This document shows, in pieces, positions 1 to 9,663 of a stretch of 64,000 bases of DNA. Made by a program: the position numbers and the translations under genes. Under the pieces are notes generated by a model. It did not search any database, was not told where the DNA came from, and saw nothing but the letters and a program-made list of their open reading frames with translations. The stretch spans positions 769,327 through 833,326 of the forward strand of contig NZ_DJJS01000007.1 in the NCBI RefSeq assembly GCF_002434265.1, in the 5' to 3' direction. The DNA is from Pseudomonas sp. UBA6562 (GTDB lineage Bacteria > Pseudomonadota > Gammaproteobacteria > Pseudomonadales > Pseudomonadaceae). Positions within the stretch are counted from its first letter, which is position 1. Each line of letters opens with the position of its first letter.

Positions 1-680
1 GCGGCGAGTTGAAGGAGCAGGCGTTCAAGAAGGTCGATTTTTCGGTCGCCACCGAGCTGGTCACCGAACCTGGCAGCGCGGCGTTCGCCCTCAACGACAC
101 CCTGATCAACAACGGCGATTACACCAAGGAATACCAGGCCCTGTACCACAGCAACTTCGGCACGCCGCTGCTCGATGAAGGTGCCCGCTTCGTCGCTCCG
201 GTGAAGCAGGTGTCGCCGTTCAACGACAAGGCCAAGGGCGATCTGGCCGACTGGCAAACCTATCGCGCGCCCACCAAAGACTACGACGAGACGGTGTACA
301 ACGTGGTGCCCTATGCCGACGACAAGGGCGACACCTTGACCGTGCTACACAACAAGGCCGCCAACCTGGGCGTCGCGGTGGGCTTCAACACGCAGACGCT
401 GCCGGTGTTCTCGTTGTGGAAGAACACCGACACGCAAGGCCAGGGTTATGTCACCGGGCTGGAGCCGGGTACGAGCTTCTCGTACAACCGCCGCTATCAG
501 CGGCCGCTGAATCTGGTGCCCACGATCGGGCCGAAGGAGCAGCGGCAGTTCCGCATCAGCTACAGCTTGCTGGCGGACAAAACTGCCGTGGACCAGGCCC
601 TCAAGCAGATAAGCAATATTCAGAAAGGCCGCGAAACGCAGGTGCGACCGACACCCTTGGTCGACCTGAACGACCAGTGA
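1..680 (+). CDS. 3' part of a DUF4432 / aldose-1-epimerase-like protein gene (5' end outside window)
   Basis: Frame open from window edge to TGA 678-680. GC3-rich codons. Family assignment by recall of mutarotase-fold DUF4432 proteins only. Confidence 0.5.
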   Translation, partial: GELKEQAFKKVDFSVATELVTEPGSAAFALNDTLINNGDYTKEYQALYHSNFGTPLLDEGARFVAPVKQVSPFNDKAKGDLADWQTYRAPTKDYDETVYNVVPYADDKGDTLTVLHNKAANLGVAVGFNTQTLPVFSLWKNTDTQGQGYVTGLEPGTSFSYNRRYQRPLNLVPTIGPKEQRQFRISYSLLADKTAVDQALKQISNIQKGRETQVRPTPLVDLNDQ

Positions 681-691
681 TCGTCCCGCGA

Positions 692-2242
692 TCAGACGTT
701 TCGCCCTGATGCCGTTCCAGGCGTGCTGTATGACGCAGCCGGGGACTCGGCTGCCGGCGGCTCATAGGGGGCCGCCTGTTCGCCTCGGCCCAGCAGCAGC
801 CAGGTGGCGACGGCTACCCCCAAGGTGACGCCGCTCAATATCAGCATCAGCGTATCGAAACCGTCGAGGTAGGCGACACGCAGCAACTGCGGATCGAATG
901 CAGGGTCCAGCGTGCCCAGCGACAGAAGCTGGGCTACCTCGCTGCTGCGCTGGCCAGGCATCAGGGGTTCGAGCCGGCCGGCCACCAGCACGCCGAGCAA
1001 CGCGACGGCAGTCGCCAGCGCAATGCCCTCACCTGCCACTCGCGTGGTATTGAAAATACCCGCAGCCATGCCGGCCCGCTCGCGAGGCACCACGCCAACG
1101 GCCAACCCATCCATCAGCCCCCACGGAAGCGCCGTGCCCATACCGATCGTCAGCATCGTACCCACGAATCGTGGCCCCGCCTCGGTAGGCGTATGCGCCA
1201 GAAGATAAAGACCCACAGCGGCGATCGAAAAACCGACCGCACACAGCTTGCCTGCCCGGATCCATCGTGACAGCCAGGCCGCCAGTAGCGGCACGACCAG
1301 CATCGGCGCAGACAGGGCCAGCAGCAGCAAGCCACTGTCCGAAGGTGCGATGCCTTCGACACCCAAGCGAAACGTGAGCAGTACGATCAAGACGATATAG
1401 CAATAGCAGGTACCGATAGGCAGTAACTGCACGCCTATGAACCGCGGGTACCTGAACAATGTCAGCTCGAGCATCGGTTGCTCGATATGCAGTTCGATCA
1501 TCACGAACGCCGCCATGCTCAGCGCCGCACCCGCCAGGAGCCCAATGACCAAAGGCGTGCGCCAGCCAGTCTGGGGCGCAAGAACGATCGCTGCGGTGAG
1601 CAACACGAGCATGGCCGAGAAGCTGGCAGCGCCTGCCCAATCGAACGCGTATGCCTTGGGGGCGCGGGTCTCCCGCATCCAGACCACCGCCACCAGCAGC
1701 GAGACTGCCGCGAAGATTGCGGGGGTGGCAAAGATCGCACGCCAACCGAAATGCTCGAGTAACAGGCCGCCTGCGAGGGGGCCGAAGGCCAGCCCTATGC
1801 CAAAGGTGGTACCCAGCAGACTGAACGCACGTGCCCGCGCCCGACCTTCGAACACCTGGGCCAGTGCCGCAGAACCGCTGGCCAGGGTGGCCGCAGCGGC
1901 AGCGCCTTGCACCGCCCTCAGCACGATCAGCCAGCGCATGCTGGACACACCGGCAAGGGCGATGCTGACCGTTGCCAGCAGTGCCAACCCTGCGATGAAC
2001 AGCCGCTTGCGGCCGTAGGCATCGGAGAGGGTGCCGGCGGCCATGAGCAGACTGCCAAAGCTGAGCATGAAAGCGTTGGTGACCCAGGGAAGCTGGGACG
2101 GCTCAGCGGCCAAGGCCCGACCGATCGCAGGTGTGGCGACGGCGCCACCCGTGAAGCTCAATGGCAGCACCAGCGCCGCAAGGCAAATGGCGCACAGAAC
2201 ATGTAAACGTCCTCTTGGCGAGGCACCTTGAGCGATCTGCAT
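692..2242 (-). CDS. MFS transporter, 14-TM drug:H+ antiporter (EmrB/QacA-like)
   Basis: 516-aa ORF made of hydrophobic helices throughout. MFS motif A-like DAYGRKRLF after TM2. Divergent from a LysR regulator gene. Confidence 0.85.
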   Translation of the reverse strand: MQIAQGASPRGRLHVLCAICLAALVLPLSFTGGAVATPAIGRALAAEPSQLPWVTNAFMLSFGSLLMAAGTLSDAYGRKRLFIAGLALLATVSIALAGVSSMRWLIVLRAVQGAAAAATLASGSAALAQVFEGRARARAFSLLGTTFGIGLAFGPLAGGLLLEHFGWRAIFATPAIFAAVSLLVAVVWMRETRAPKAYAFDWAGAASFSAMLVLLTAAIVLAPQTGWRTPLVIGLLAGAALSMAAFVMIELHIEQPMLELTLFRYPRFIGVQLLPIGTCYCYIVLIVLLTFRLGVEGIAPSDSGLLLLALSAPMLVVPLLAAWLSRWIRAGKLCAVGFSIAAVGLYLLAHTPTEAGPRFVGTMLTIGMGTALPWGLMDGLAVGVVPRERAGMAAGIFNTTRVAGEGIALATAVALLGVLVAGRLEPLMPGQRSSEVAQLLSLGTLDPAFDPQLLRVAYLDGFDTLMLILSGVTLGVAVATWLLLGRGEQAAPYEPPAAESPAASYSTPGTASGRNV

Positions 2243-2349
2243 GACGTGAATCCTTATGTTGCAAGATGGGCAACAGAATCTATAAGGTCCGCAATTGCGG
2301 AAAAACGCCCTGCCGCTCCACTGTCAACGGACGTAATGGATGTAATTCA

Positions 2350-3312
2350 ATGCAAAGTCTCAATGGCATCCTGGCGTTCGTGAGAACGGCCGAACTCCTG
2401 AGTTTCGTCAAGGCAGGCCGGGCCATCGGCATTTCCGCCTCGGCTGTGGGCAAGAACGTTGCCCGCCTGGAGGCCTCGCTGAACGTACGGCTTTTCCAGC
2501 GCCACACCCGCAAAGTAAGCCTTACCGACGAGGGCCAACTGTTCTACGAGCGCTGCCGGCCCATCCTCGACGACCTCGAAGATGCCCAAGCCATGCTGTC
2601 GCACGTCGCGCAGACGCCACGCGGTCGCTTGCGCATCAGCCTGCCGACCATCGGCTATCGCCTGGTCATGCCGCTGATGGCCGAGTTTCGCGACACCTAC
2701 CCTGAAATCGAACTGGACATGGACTTCAGCGACCATCTGGTCGACCTGGTCGACGACCGTTTCGACGTGCTGGTGCGCAGCGGCGGGTTGACTGATTCCA
2801 AACCCATGTCGCGGCAGCTGGGACCGTTCCAGTTCGTGCTGTGTGCGTCGCCTGCCTACCTGGCGCGCAAGGGCTGGTCCCGCACGCCTGCCGAACTGAC
2901 GTCGCACGACTGCTTGCTCTATCGCTTCGTGACGACGGGCAAGGTCATGCCCTGGGACCTGGCCGAAGGCGCCTCGCCTCGCTCCATCGTGCCCCCTGCG
3001 GCGATGACCCTGAACAACATGGAAGCGATCCTGATGGCGGCGCAAAACGGCCTGGGCATCGCCTACATGCCGGACTTTCTAGTGCGTGAATCAATGGCCG
3101 CCGGCTCGCTGCAAACGCTTCTGGACGGGTGGACCACGGACGGAGGACAGTTCTGGGCCCAGTGGCGGCCTAGTCGGCACTTGTCGCCCAAGATACGCGT
3201 GTTCGTGGACTTCCTCTCGGAGCATCTGTCGCGACGGCACCTCTCTCAAGCCACAGCGGGCCAGTCAGCTAGAGGTACAGCGGCGGGCAGGGCCTTGCAG
3301 GGAGAAGGCTAA
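2350..3312 (+). CDS. LysR family transcriptional regulator
   Basis: N-terminal wHTH (LNGILAFVRTAELLSFVKAGRAIGISASAVGKNVARLE) plus LysR substrate-binding domain. Start moved to in-frame ATG at 2350. Confidence 0.85.
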   Translation: MQSLNGILAFVRTAELLSFVKAGRAIGISASAVGKNVARLEASLNVRLFQRHTRKVSLTDEGQLFYERCRPILDDLEDAQAMLSHVAQTPRGRLRISLPTIGYRLVMPLMAEFRDTYPEIELDMDFSDHLVDLVDDRFDVLVRSGGLTDSKPMSRQLGPFQFVLCASPAYLARKGWSRTPAELTSHDCLLYRFVTTGKVMPWDLAEGASPRSIVPPAAMTLNNMEAILMAAQNGLGIAYMPDFLVRESMAAGSLQTLLDGWTTDGGQFWAQWRPSRHLSPKIRVFVDFLSEHLSRRHLSQATAGQSARGTAAGRALQGEG

Positions 3313-3339
3313 AGCGATCCCGCCGAGCGGCCATAAAAA

Positions 3340-3376
3340 AACCCGCGTTCGCCAACCCTGGCGAACGCGGGTTTTC
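3340..3376. terminator. Bidirectional rho-independent terminator between convergent LysR and permease genes
   Basis: aaaaaaaCCCGCGTTCGCC-aaccctg-GCGAACGCGGGtttt: GC-rich stem flanked by an A-run and a T-run. Confidence 0.8.
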
Positions 3377-3388
3377 CATACCCTCAGA

Positions 3389-4801
3389 TCAAGCGCGCTT
3401 GGCGCTACGCATCTGATGGATGATGCCCATCACCACGACCACGGCCGCTGCAGCGCCGGTGGAGACCACCAGGATCTGGTAGTCGGGCATGAAGGCCATG
3501 ACCACCAGACAAACCACGATGAAGGCGATCACCAGGTAGGTCAGCCACGGGAACAGCCACATCTTGAGCTGGATTTCCTTGCCTTCGGCGATCAGCTTGC
3601 GGCGCATGCGCAGCTGCGAGAAAGCGATCACCAGATACACCAGCAAGGCGATCATGCCGGTGGTGTTCATCAGGGTTTCCAACACGTCCTGCGGGCGCAA
3701 GGTCTCGCTGAAGTTGATCAGCGCGCAGAACACTGCGACCAGGCACGAGCCGATGATAGCCAGCACCGGCACCCCACTGTTGCCACGGGTGCGCTTGAAC
3801 AACGCCGGCGCGTCGCCGCGCTTGGCCAGGGAGAAGAGCATGCGCGAAGCGGTGTAGTGGCCCGAGATCAGGCAGCTGCTCACCGAGGTCAGCACCACGA
3901 AGTTCATCAGCAGCTCGGCGTAGGGCACGCCCAGCAGCTCCAGGGTGCGGCGGTAGGCGCCATAGCCGGAGATGCCCAGGTGCGGGTCGTTCCACGGCAC
4001 CAGGCAGACGATCAGGAAGATCGAGCCGACGTAGAACAGGCACACACGCCACACCACCGAGTTGGTGGCCTTGACGATCTGACGGGCCGGATCCTTGGAT
4101 TCGGACGCTGCGATGGTGACGATTTCCGCACCGAGGAAGGCGAACATCACCCCCAGCAACGCACCGATGACCGTGGTGAAGCCATTGGGCATGAAGCCTT
4201 CGGCGGTCAGATGGGTGATGCCGCGCACCTCACCGAACTGCCAGATGTTCAACACCGCGGCGGTACAGACGATCAGGAAGCAACAGATCGCCACCACCTT
4301 GATCAACGCGAACCAGAACTCGAACTCGCCGTAGTGCTTGACGTTGAAGAAGTTCACGGTGATCAGGATCAGCGTGGTCGCCAGCACGAACACGTTGACG
4401 CTCACGTCGGGGAAGAAGCCGTGCAGGATCTTGCCCGCCACGTAGGCTTCCCAGGCCATGAGGATCACCCAGTACCACCAGTACAGCCAGCCGATGGTGA
4501 AGCCTGCCCAACGGCCGATGGCGCGGTCGGCATAGGTGGAGAACGAACCGGTGTCGGGCGACGACGTGGCCATTTCGCCAAGCATGCGCATGATCAGCAC
4601 GACCAGGATGCCGCCGGCCAGGTAGGCCAGTACCGAAGCGGGCCCGGCGCTGTGGATCACGCTGCCGGAACCGACGAACAAAGCGCCGCCGATGACGCCG
4701 GCGATCGACATCATGGTCAGGTGGCGCGGTTTGAGCGAAGCGCTGAGCTTGCTCTCGTTCTCCACGGTCGCGGAAGTGGTGGAGGTGGATGTTGCGTCCA
4801 T
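3389..4801 (-). CDS. APC-family amino acid permease (GabP-like)
   Basis: 470 aa, 12 TM. N-terminal consensus LKPRHLTMMSIAGVIGGALFVGSG is typical of the AAT/GabP family. Confidence 0.85.
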   Translation of the reverse strand: MDATSTSTTSATVENESKLSASLKPRHLTMMSIAGVIGGALFVGSGSVIHSAGPASVLAYLAGGILVVLIMRMLGEMATSSPDTGSFSTYADRAIGRWAGFTIGWLYWWYWVILMAWEAYVAGKILHGFFPDVSVNVFVLATTLILITVNFFNVKHYGEFEFWFALIKVVAICCFLIVCTAAVLNIWQFGEVRGITHLTAEGFMPNGFTTVIGALLGVMFAFLGAEIVTIAASESKDPARQIVKATNSVVWRVCLFYVGSIFLIVCLVPWNDPHLGISGYGAYRRTLELLGVPYAELLMNFVVLTSVSSCLISGHYTASRMLFSLAKRGDAPALFKRTRGNSGVPVLAIIGSCLVAVFCALINFSETLRPQDVLETLMNTTGMIALLVYLVIAFSQLRMRRKLIAEGKEIQLKMWLFPWLTYLVIAFIVVCLVVMAFMPDYQILVVSTGAAAAVVVVMGIIHQMRSAKRA

Positions 4802-5106
4802 CAGTGGTGTACCCCGTGCTTCTTTTTATCCAAGGAATTTGAGTGAGACCCCGATGGGCAGCGGCCTCACCTGTACAGCATGTGCAGACATCGAACCAAA
4901 CGGGACGCGTCGGGTCAGACCACGGCATGCGTGGCAGCCTCTATCGGAAAACGAACGGTTTGCTCGGACGCGACCGTGCGCCCCGCTCCCGCTCCGCCTT
5001 GCCGAACCCCAGGTTCATTTCGTGCGGCAACGCCGCACACAGACGTTCAGGCCTTCCTTGGCAGCCTGCTGGCAGGTCGCCGGCATCGCCGGCAGCCCTA
5101 CCAAAA

Positions 5107-5148
5107 CGTAAAAAAGCCGAACGCCGGCTAGACTCCAGCGCGTTCGGC
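5107..5148 (-). terminator. Orphan rho-independent terminator inside the 650-bp permease/MocR intergenic region
   Basis: Stem GCCGAACGC (5116-5124) pairs with GCGTTCGGC (5140-5148). A 6-nt A-run on the plus strand gives a U-tail on the minus strand. No convincing CDS upstream of it. Confidence 0.5.
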
Positions 5149-5452
5149 CTCCACCGGTTCGCCGCTCGGAGGCGGCGTCTGCCGGTTGTTGCTATGTTCG
5201 AGCGGCGGATGGGCATTGCCGCTGCTTCGGGCAGGGTCCACGCCCCTTCGACATTCGACTGCTCAACACCCTGGGCGAATGTCCGAAACAGGTCATTTCG
5301 GCCAGTGTGTGGCGCTATCTGATACCTAATGTAAAAATGTCTGACACATTGAGCCATGCACAGCGCAGTGAAATCCGCACTGCACTGTACAGGCCGTCGA
5401 TGCTGTACACCGCTCGCCACTCGGCACGTCCGCACTCCCCCAAGGCCCCAAC

Positions 5453-6877
5453 ATGCTCGAACTACGTCCAGACTCCGCTACGCCGTTGGTCAACCAGATC
5501 ATCGACGGCCTGCGCGAGCTGATCGACGCGCACACCCTCAAACCGGGCGCCAAGGTGCCCTCGATCCGGGCGTTCGCGGCGACCTATTCGGTCAGCACCT
5601 TCACCGTGGTCGAGGCCTACGACCGCCTTGTGGCCCAGGGTGTGTTGATCAGCCGTGGCAACGCCGGCTTCTTCGTCAGCCGCGTCAGCGGCGAGCGCCT
5701 CGACGGCCCCACGCGCGACACCGACGCCGCGCGCCCCTCGTTCAATGCCGAGTGGTATCTGCAACAGATCTTCGAAACCCGCCAGCTGCCGTTCAAACCC
5801 GGTTGCGGCTGGCTGCCCAACGACTGGATGTATGAAGACGGCCTGCGCCGCGGTCTGCGCCAGGTAGCTGGGAGCCCCCTGGAGCTGTCGGGTTATGGCG
5901 ACCCCCTGGGGCTGCCGGAACTGCGCGCCGTGACCGCGCAGAACCTGCAACAGGAACTGTCGATCGTCGCCAACCCGGCGCAGCTGCTGCTCACCCACGG
6001 TGCCAGCCAGGCGCTGGACCTGGCCGTGCGCACGCTGGTCCGCCCAGGCGATGTGGTGCTGGTGGACGACCCTGGTTACCCCAACCTGATGAGCATCCTG
6101 CGCTTCCAGGGCGCCACGCTGGTCGGCGTGCCGCGCACGCCCAACGGCTACGACCTCGACCAGCTCGAACGGCTGCTGGCCGTGCACCGGCCCACGGCCT
6201 TCTTCACCCAGCCGCACCTGCACAGCCCGACGTGCTCGCGCACGCCGTTGGCGCAACTGCACCGGCTCCTGCAACTGGCCAGCCAGCACGGTTTCCGGCT
6301 GATCGAGAACAACCTCTACGCCGACATGATCGCCGAGCCGCAGCCCTGCCTGACCAGCCTCGACCACTTGCAGCAGGTGGTGTACGTGGGCAGCTATTCC
6401 AAGAGCATCTCGCCCAACGTGCGGGTGGGTTACCTGTTGGCCAACCCGCAGCTGATCCAGCAGCTGTTGACCCTGAAGATGCGCTCGGGGCTGACCACCT
6501 CGCAGGTGATGGAGCGCGTGGTCTATGCCGCGATCATCGACGGGCGCTGGCGCAAGCACCTCAAGCGCTTGCGCCAGCGGTTGGCCCAGGCCCATCAAGA
6601 CGTCGGCGCACGCCTGCAACGGCTGGGCTTCGAGCTGTTCGTCGAGTCCGACGAGGGCATGTACATCTGGACCCGCCACCCGCAATTGCCGGACAGCGCG
6701 GTGCTGCTCGACGAGGCGCTGAGCCAGGGCATGATGCTGGGCCCGGGGCAGCTGTTCATGGTCGACGCGCAGCCCACGGGCTGGATGCGTTTCAATGTGG
6801 CGTTCAGTACGGCGCCGCAGCTGTGGGAGCTGTTCGAAGGGTTAATGGCCAAGCATGTGCGCCTACCGGGGCGCTGA
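5453..6877 (+). CDS. MocR/PdxR-type regulator (GntR wHTH fused to a fold-type I aminotransferase-like domain)
   Basis: N-terminal GntR HTH (VPSIRAFAATYSVSTFTVVEAYDRLVAQG). C-terminal aminotransferase-like domain with YVGSYSKSISP (PLP-lysine context). Confidence 0.85.
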   Translation: MLELRPDSATPLVNQIIDGLRELIDAHTLKPGAKVPSIRAFAATYSVSTFTVVEAYDRLVAQGVLISRGNAGFFVSRVSGERLDGPTRDTDAARPSFNAEWYLQQIFETRQLPFKPGCGWLPNDWMYEDGLRRGLRQVAGSPLELSGYGDPLGLPELRAVTAQNLQQELSIVANPAQLLLTHGASQALDLAVRTLVRPGDVVLVDDPGYPNLMSILRFQGATLVGVPRTPNGYDLDQLERLLAVHRPTAFFTQPHLHSPTCSRTPLAQLHRLLQLASQHGFRLIENNLYADMIAEPQPCLTSLDHLQQVVYVGSYSKSISPNVRVGYLLANPQLIQQLLTLKMRSGLTTSQVMERVVYAAIIDGRWRKHLKRLRQRLAQAHQDVGARLQRLGFELFVESDEGMYIWTRHPQLPDSAVLLDEALSQGMMLGPGQLFMVDAQPTGWMRFNVAFSTAPQLWELFEGLMAKHVRLPGR

Positions 6878-7363
6878 GGGCGCGGGTTCCTGCGAGCCGG
6901 CCAGTACCTCGGCGCGGGTCGTGACGTGTCGCAGATGCTGGACCCACAAGGCCTGGCCCGTCTGCCCCGAGCGGTCCAGCCAGGAGCCGATGCTCAGGTC
7001 GGTGACCAGCGTCGGCGTCAACCCGGCATCGAACAAGGCAAAGCCTGCCGCCAGCAGACCGCTGTCGGCCCCTACTCCGCACACCAGCACGCGCTCGGGC
7101 GCCAGCTCGCGCAAGTAGTCCAGCGCCTCGGCCGGCAGGCCATAGCCATGCTTGACGAACACCCGATCCGCTTCGTGCAGGCTTTCGTCGCTACGCGCCG
7201 GGTGCCAGCCCGCCTGGCGCTGGAAAGGCGTGCGTGCCTCATCGTGCAAGGTCAGCGTCGCCAGCGTCAGCAACCGCGCCGAGAACGCCCGCACGCCATC
7301 GACCAGCCATTCGGGCGGTTCGAAAGTGGCCTGGACGTCATTGATCAGCAGCACCTGGCGCAT
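6863..7363 (-). CDS. Isochorismatase-like (cysteine hydrolase superfamily) protein, apparently lacking the nucleophile Cys
   Basis: Start set at MRQVLLINDVQ. Pattern VFVKHGYG...RVLVCGVGADSGLL fits the family, but Ser replaces the usual Cys. Confidence 0.55.
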   Translation of the reverse strand: MRQVLLINDVQATFEPPEWLVDGVRAFSARLLTLATLTLHDEARTPFQRQAGWHPARSDESLHEADRVFVKHGYGLPAEALDYLRELAPERVLVCGVGADSGLLAAGFALFDAGLTPTLVTDLSIGSWLDRSGQTGQALWVQHLRHVTTRAEVLAGSQEPAPSAPR

Positions 7364-7628
7364 GCGCCCTCCCCGTGCGACGGCAAAAAGCGCGCAGTAT
7401 AGCCAGCCGGCGGCCGCCCCTGCACGGTGCCAGAGCGATTTCGCCCAGGCTGCGCCTGCACCCATGAAACATTGTTCATGGACCTGCGATGCCCTGGCTG
7501 TGGGGCCCACGGCATTAGCCAAGGCCTGCGCACCGCCAGCGTCTTGAGCCCCAGGGGCGGCTTGCGTAGCATCCGCACGCTCGCGTCCCAGGCGCCGCCG
7601 CCCGCCAGCCCGCTATCCAGAGCCCGTC

Positions 7629-9509
7629 ATGCCCCAGCCCATCCCCCTCAAGGACCACGAACGCGAAAAATCGCTGGTCAATCGCCGCTTGCTGGTTTGC
7701 GCGGGGCTGACCGTGGCCTTGGTCGGCGCTCTGGTCGGGCGCCTGTACGTACTGCAGGTGATCCAGCACGACAAGCAAAGCGCCGTGTCGGAGAACAACC
7801 GCGTGCACATGCTGCCGATTCCGCCCGAGCGCGGCCTGATCTACGACCGCAACGGCGTGGTCCTGGCCGACAACCGCCCCAGCTTCAACCTGACCATGAC
7901 CCGCGAGCGCGCAGGCAACGTGGCCCAGGTGCTGGACCAGCTCACCGAAGTGCTGGGCCTGGACGCCGAAGACCGCCAGCAGTTCGACAAGGACCTGCGC
8001 CGCGGTCGCAAGCCTTTCGAGCCGGTGACCCTGATGGTGGGGCTGAGCGAGCAGCAGATCGCCCACATCGCGGTGAACCAGTTCCGCCTGCCGGGGCTGG
8101 AAGTGGAACCGCAGTTCATCCGCGAATACCCCCTGGCCGAACATTTCGCCCACTCGGTGGGCTATGTGGGGCGGATCAACGAGCGTGAAGCCAAGACCCT
8201 CGACCCCACCGAATACCGCGGCACCGAGTCGATCGGCAAGACCGGCATCGAGCACTTCTATGAGGACCGCCTGCACGGCCACGTCGGCTACGAAGAAGTG
8301 GAAACCAACGCCCAGGGCCGGGTGATGCGCGTGCTCAACCACCGCGACCCGACGCCGGGCGAAGACATCGTGCTGAGCCTGGACGCGCACCTGCAACAGG
8401 CGGCCGAACACGCCCTGGGCGAGCGCCGTGGCGCGGTGGTGGCGCTGGACCCGGCCAACGGCGACATCCTGGCGATGGTCAGCAACCCCAGCTTCGACCC
8501 CAACCTGTTCGTCAAGGGCATCAGCTTCAAGCAGTACGCCGCCCTGCGCGACTCCATCGACCGCCCGCTGTTCAACCGTGTGCTGCGCGGGCTCTATGCA
8601 CCGGGCTCGACGATCAAGCCGGAAGTCGCCATCGCGGGCCTGGACAGCGGCGTGATCAGCCCCGCCAGCCGGGTGTTCGACCCCGGTTACTACGAACTGC
8701 CCAACTACGCCCACAAGTACCGCAACTGGAACCGCAGCGGCGACGGCTGGGTGGATCTGTCCGCCGCGATCATGCGCTCCAATGACACCTTCTTCTACGA
8801 CCTGGCGCACAAGCTGGGCATCGACCGCCTGCACGACTACATGGCCGAATTCGGCCTCGGGCAGAAGGTGTCGCTGGACCTGTTCGAGGAAGCGGCCGGG
8901 CTCATGCCCTCGGCGCAGTGGAAGCGTGCCACCCGGCGCCAGGCCTGGTTCCCGGGCGAGACGCTGATCCTCGGCATCGGCCAGGGCTACATGCAGGTAA
9001 CGCCGCTGCAACTGGCCCAGGCCACCAGCCTGCTGGCCAGCAAGGGCGTGTGGCACCGGCCGCACCTGGCGATGAGCGTGGGCGGCCAGACGCCGGTCGA
9101 CCCCAACCCCATGCCCGACATCGTGTTGCGCGACGCGCATGCCTGGGACGAGGTCAACCAGGGCATGCAACGGGTGATGCACGACCCGCGCGGCATCGCC
9201 CGTGCTTCCGCAGCGGGCGCCCAATACCGCATCGCCGGCAAGAGCGGCACCGCGCAGGTGGTGGCGATCCGTCAGGGCGAGCGCTACAACCGTGAGAAAA
9301 CCCTCGAGCGCCATCGCGACAACGCGTTGTTCGTCGGCTTCGCCCCGGCCGAGGCGCCGCGCATCGTGGTCGCGGTGATGATCGAGAACGGCGAGGCCGG
9401 CGGCCGCGTGGCGGGCCCGGTGGTGCGCGAGGTGATGGACGCCTGGCTGCTGGATGACCAGGGCCATCTGAAAGCGGCGACGACTGCGGCCAAACCCCCG
9501 CACGCGTGA
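7629..9509 (+). CDS. mrdA: Penicillin-binding protein 2 (peptidoglycan D,D-transpeptidase, MrdA family)
   Basis: 626 aa with N-terminal TM anchor. Motifs STIK, SND (IMRSNDTFF) and KSGT. No rodA follows. Confidence 0.85.
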   Translation: MPQPIPLKDHEREKSLVNRRLLVCAGLTVALVGALVGRLYVLQVIQHDKQSAVSENNRVHMLPIPPERGLIYDRNGVVLADNRPSFNLTMTRERAGNVAQVLDQLTEVLGLDAEDRQQFDKDLRRGRKPFEPVTLMVGLSEQQIAHIAVNQFRLPGLEVEPQFIREYPLAEHFAHSVGYVGRINEREAKTLDPTEYRGTESIGKTGIEHFYEDRLHGHVGYEEVETNAQGRVMRVLNHRDPTPGEDIVLSLDAHLQQAAEHALGERRGAVVALDPANGDILAMVSNPSFDPNLFVKGISFKQYAALRDSIDRPLFNRVLRGLYAPGSTIKPEVAIAGLDSGVISPASRVFDPGYYELPNYAHKYRNWNRSGDGWVDLSAAIMRSNDTFFYDLAHKLGIDRLHDYMAEFGLGQKVSLDLFEEAAGLMPSAQWKRATRRQAWFPGETLILGIGQGYMQVTPLQLAQATSLLASKGVWHRPHLAMSVGGQTPVDPNPMPDIVLRDAHAWDEVNQGMQRVMHDPRGIARASAAGAQYRIAGKSGTAQVVAIRQGERYNREKTLERHRDNALFVGFAPAEAPRIVVAVMIENGEAGGRVAGPVVREVMDAWLLDDQGHLKAATTAAKPPHA

Positions 9510-9663
9510 GCCTGGGCGGCGGTTTGGCGTCGATCGCTGAGCCTTGGGTCACCACGTTGCTCGATACTTGCCATCGAAAAGGAATGCTCCGGCGCCTGCT
9601 GCGGTCCAAGCGCCATTGGGCACTGTCGCCCGCGCTATGGCGTTCACCGCGCGAAGGATTTTC

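Noticed and set aside
3086-4846. 586-aa plus-strand ORF rich in His/Asp/Gln/Gly/Arg
   Set aside because: It is entirely antisense to a well-supported 12-TM permease gene. Its low-complexity composition is typical of shadow ORFs in high-GC DNA, and no start context or motif is present.
4941-5435. 164-aa minus-strand ORF in the permease/MocR intergenic region
   Set aside because: Arg/Ala/Cys-rich composition, no RBS and no recognisable motif. It spans a terminator hairpin. It is treated as non-coding, and the region is flagged instead as a possible sRNA or leader.
7515-9503. 662-aa minus-strand ORF
   Set aside because: Antisense shadow of the PBP2 gene, which has all class-B PBP motifs. The composition is dominated by Ala/Arg/Gly/His/Val.
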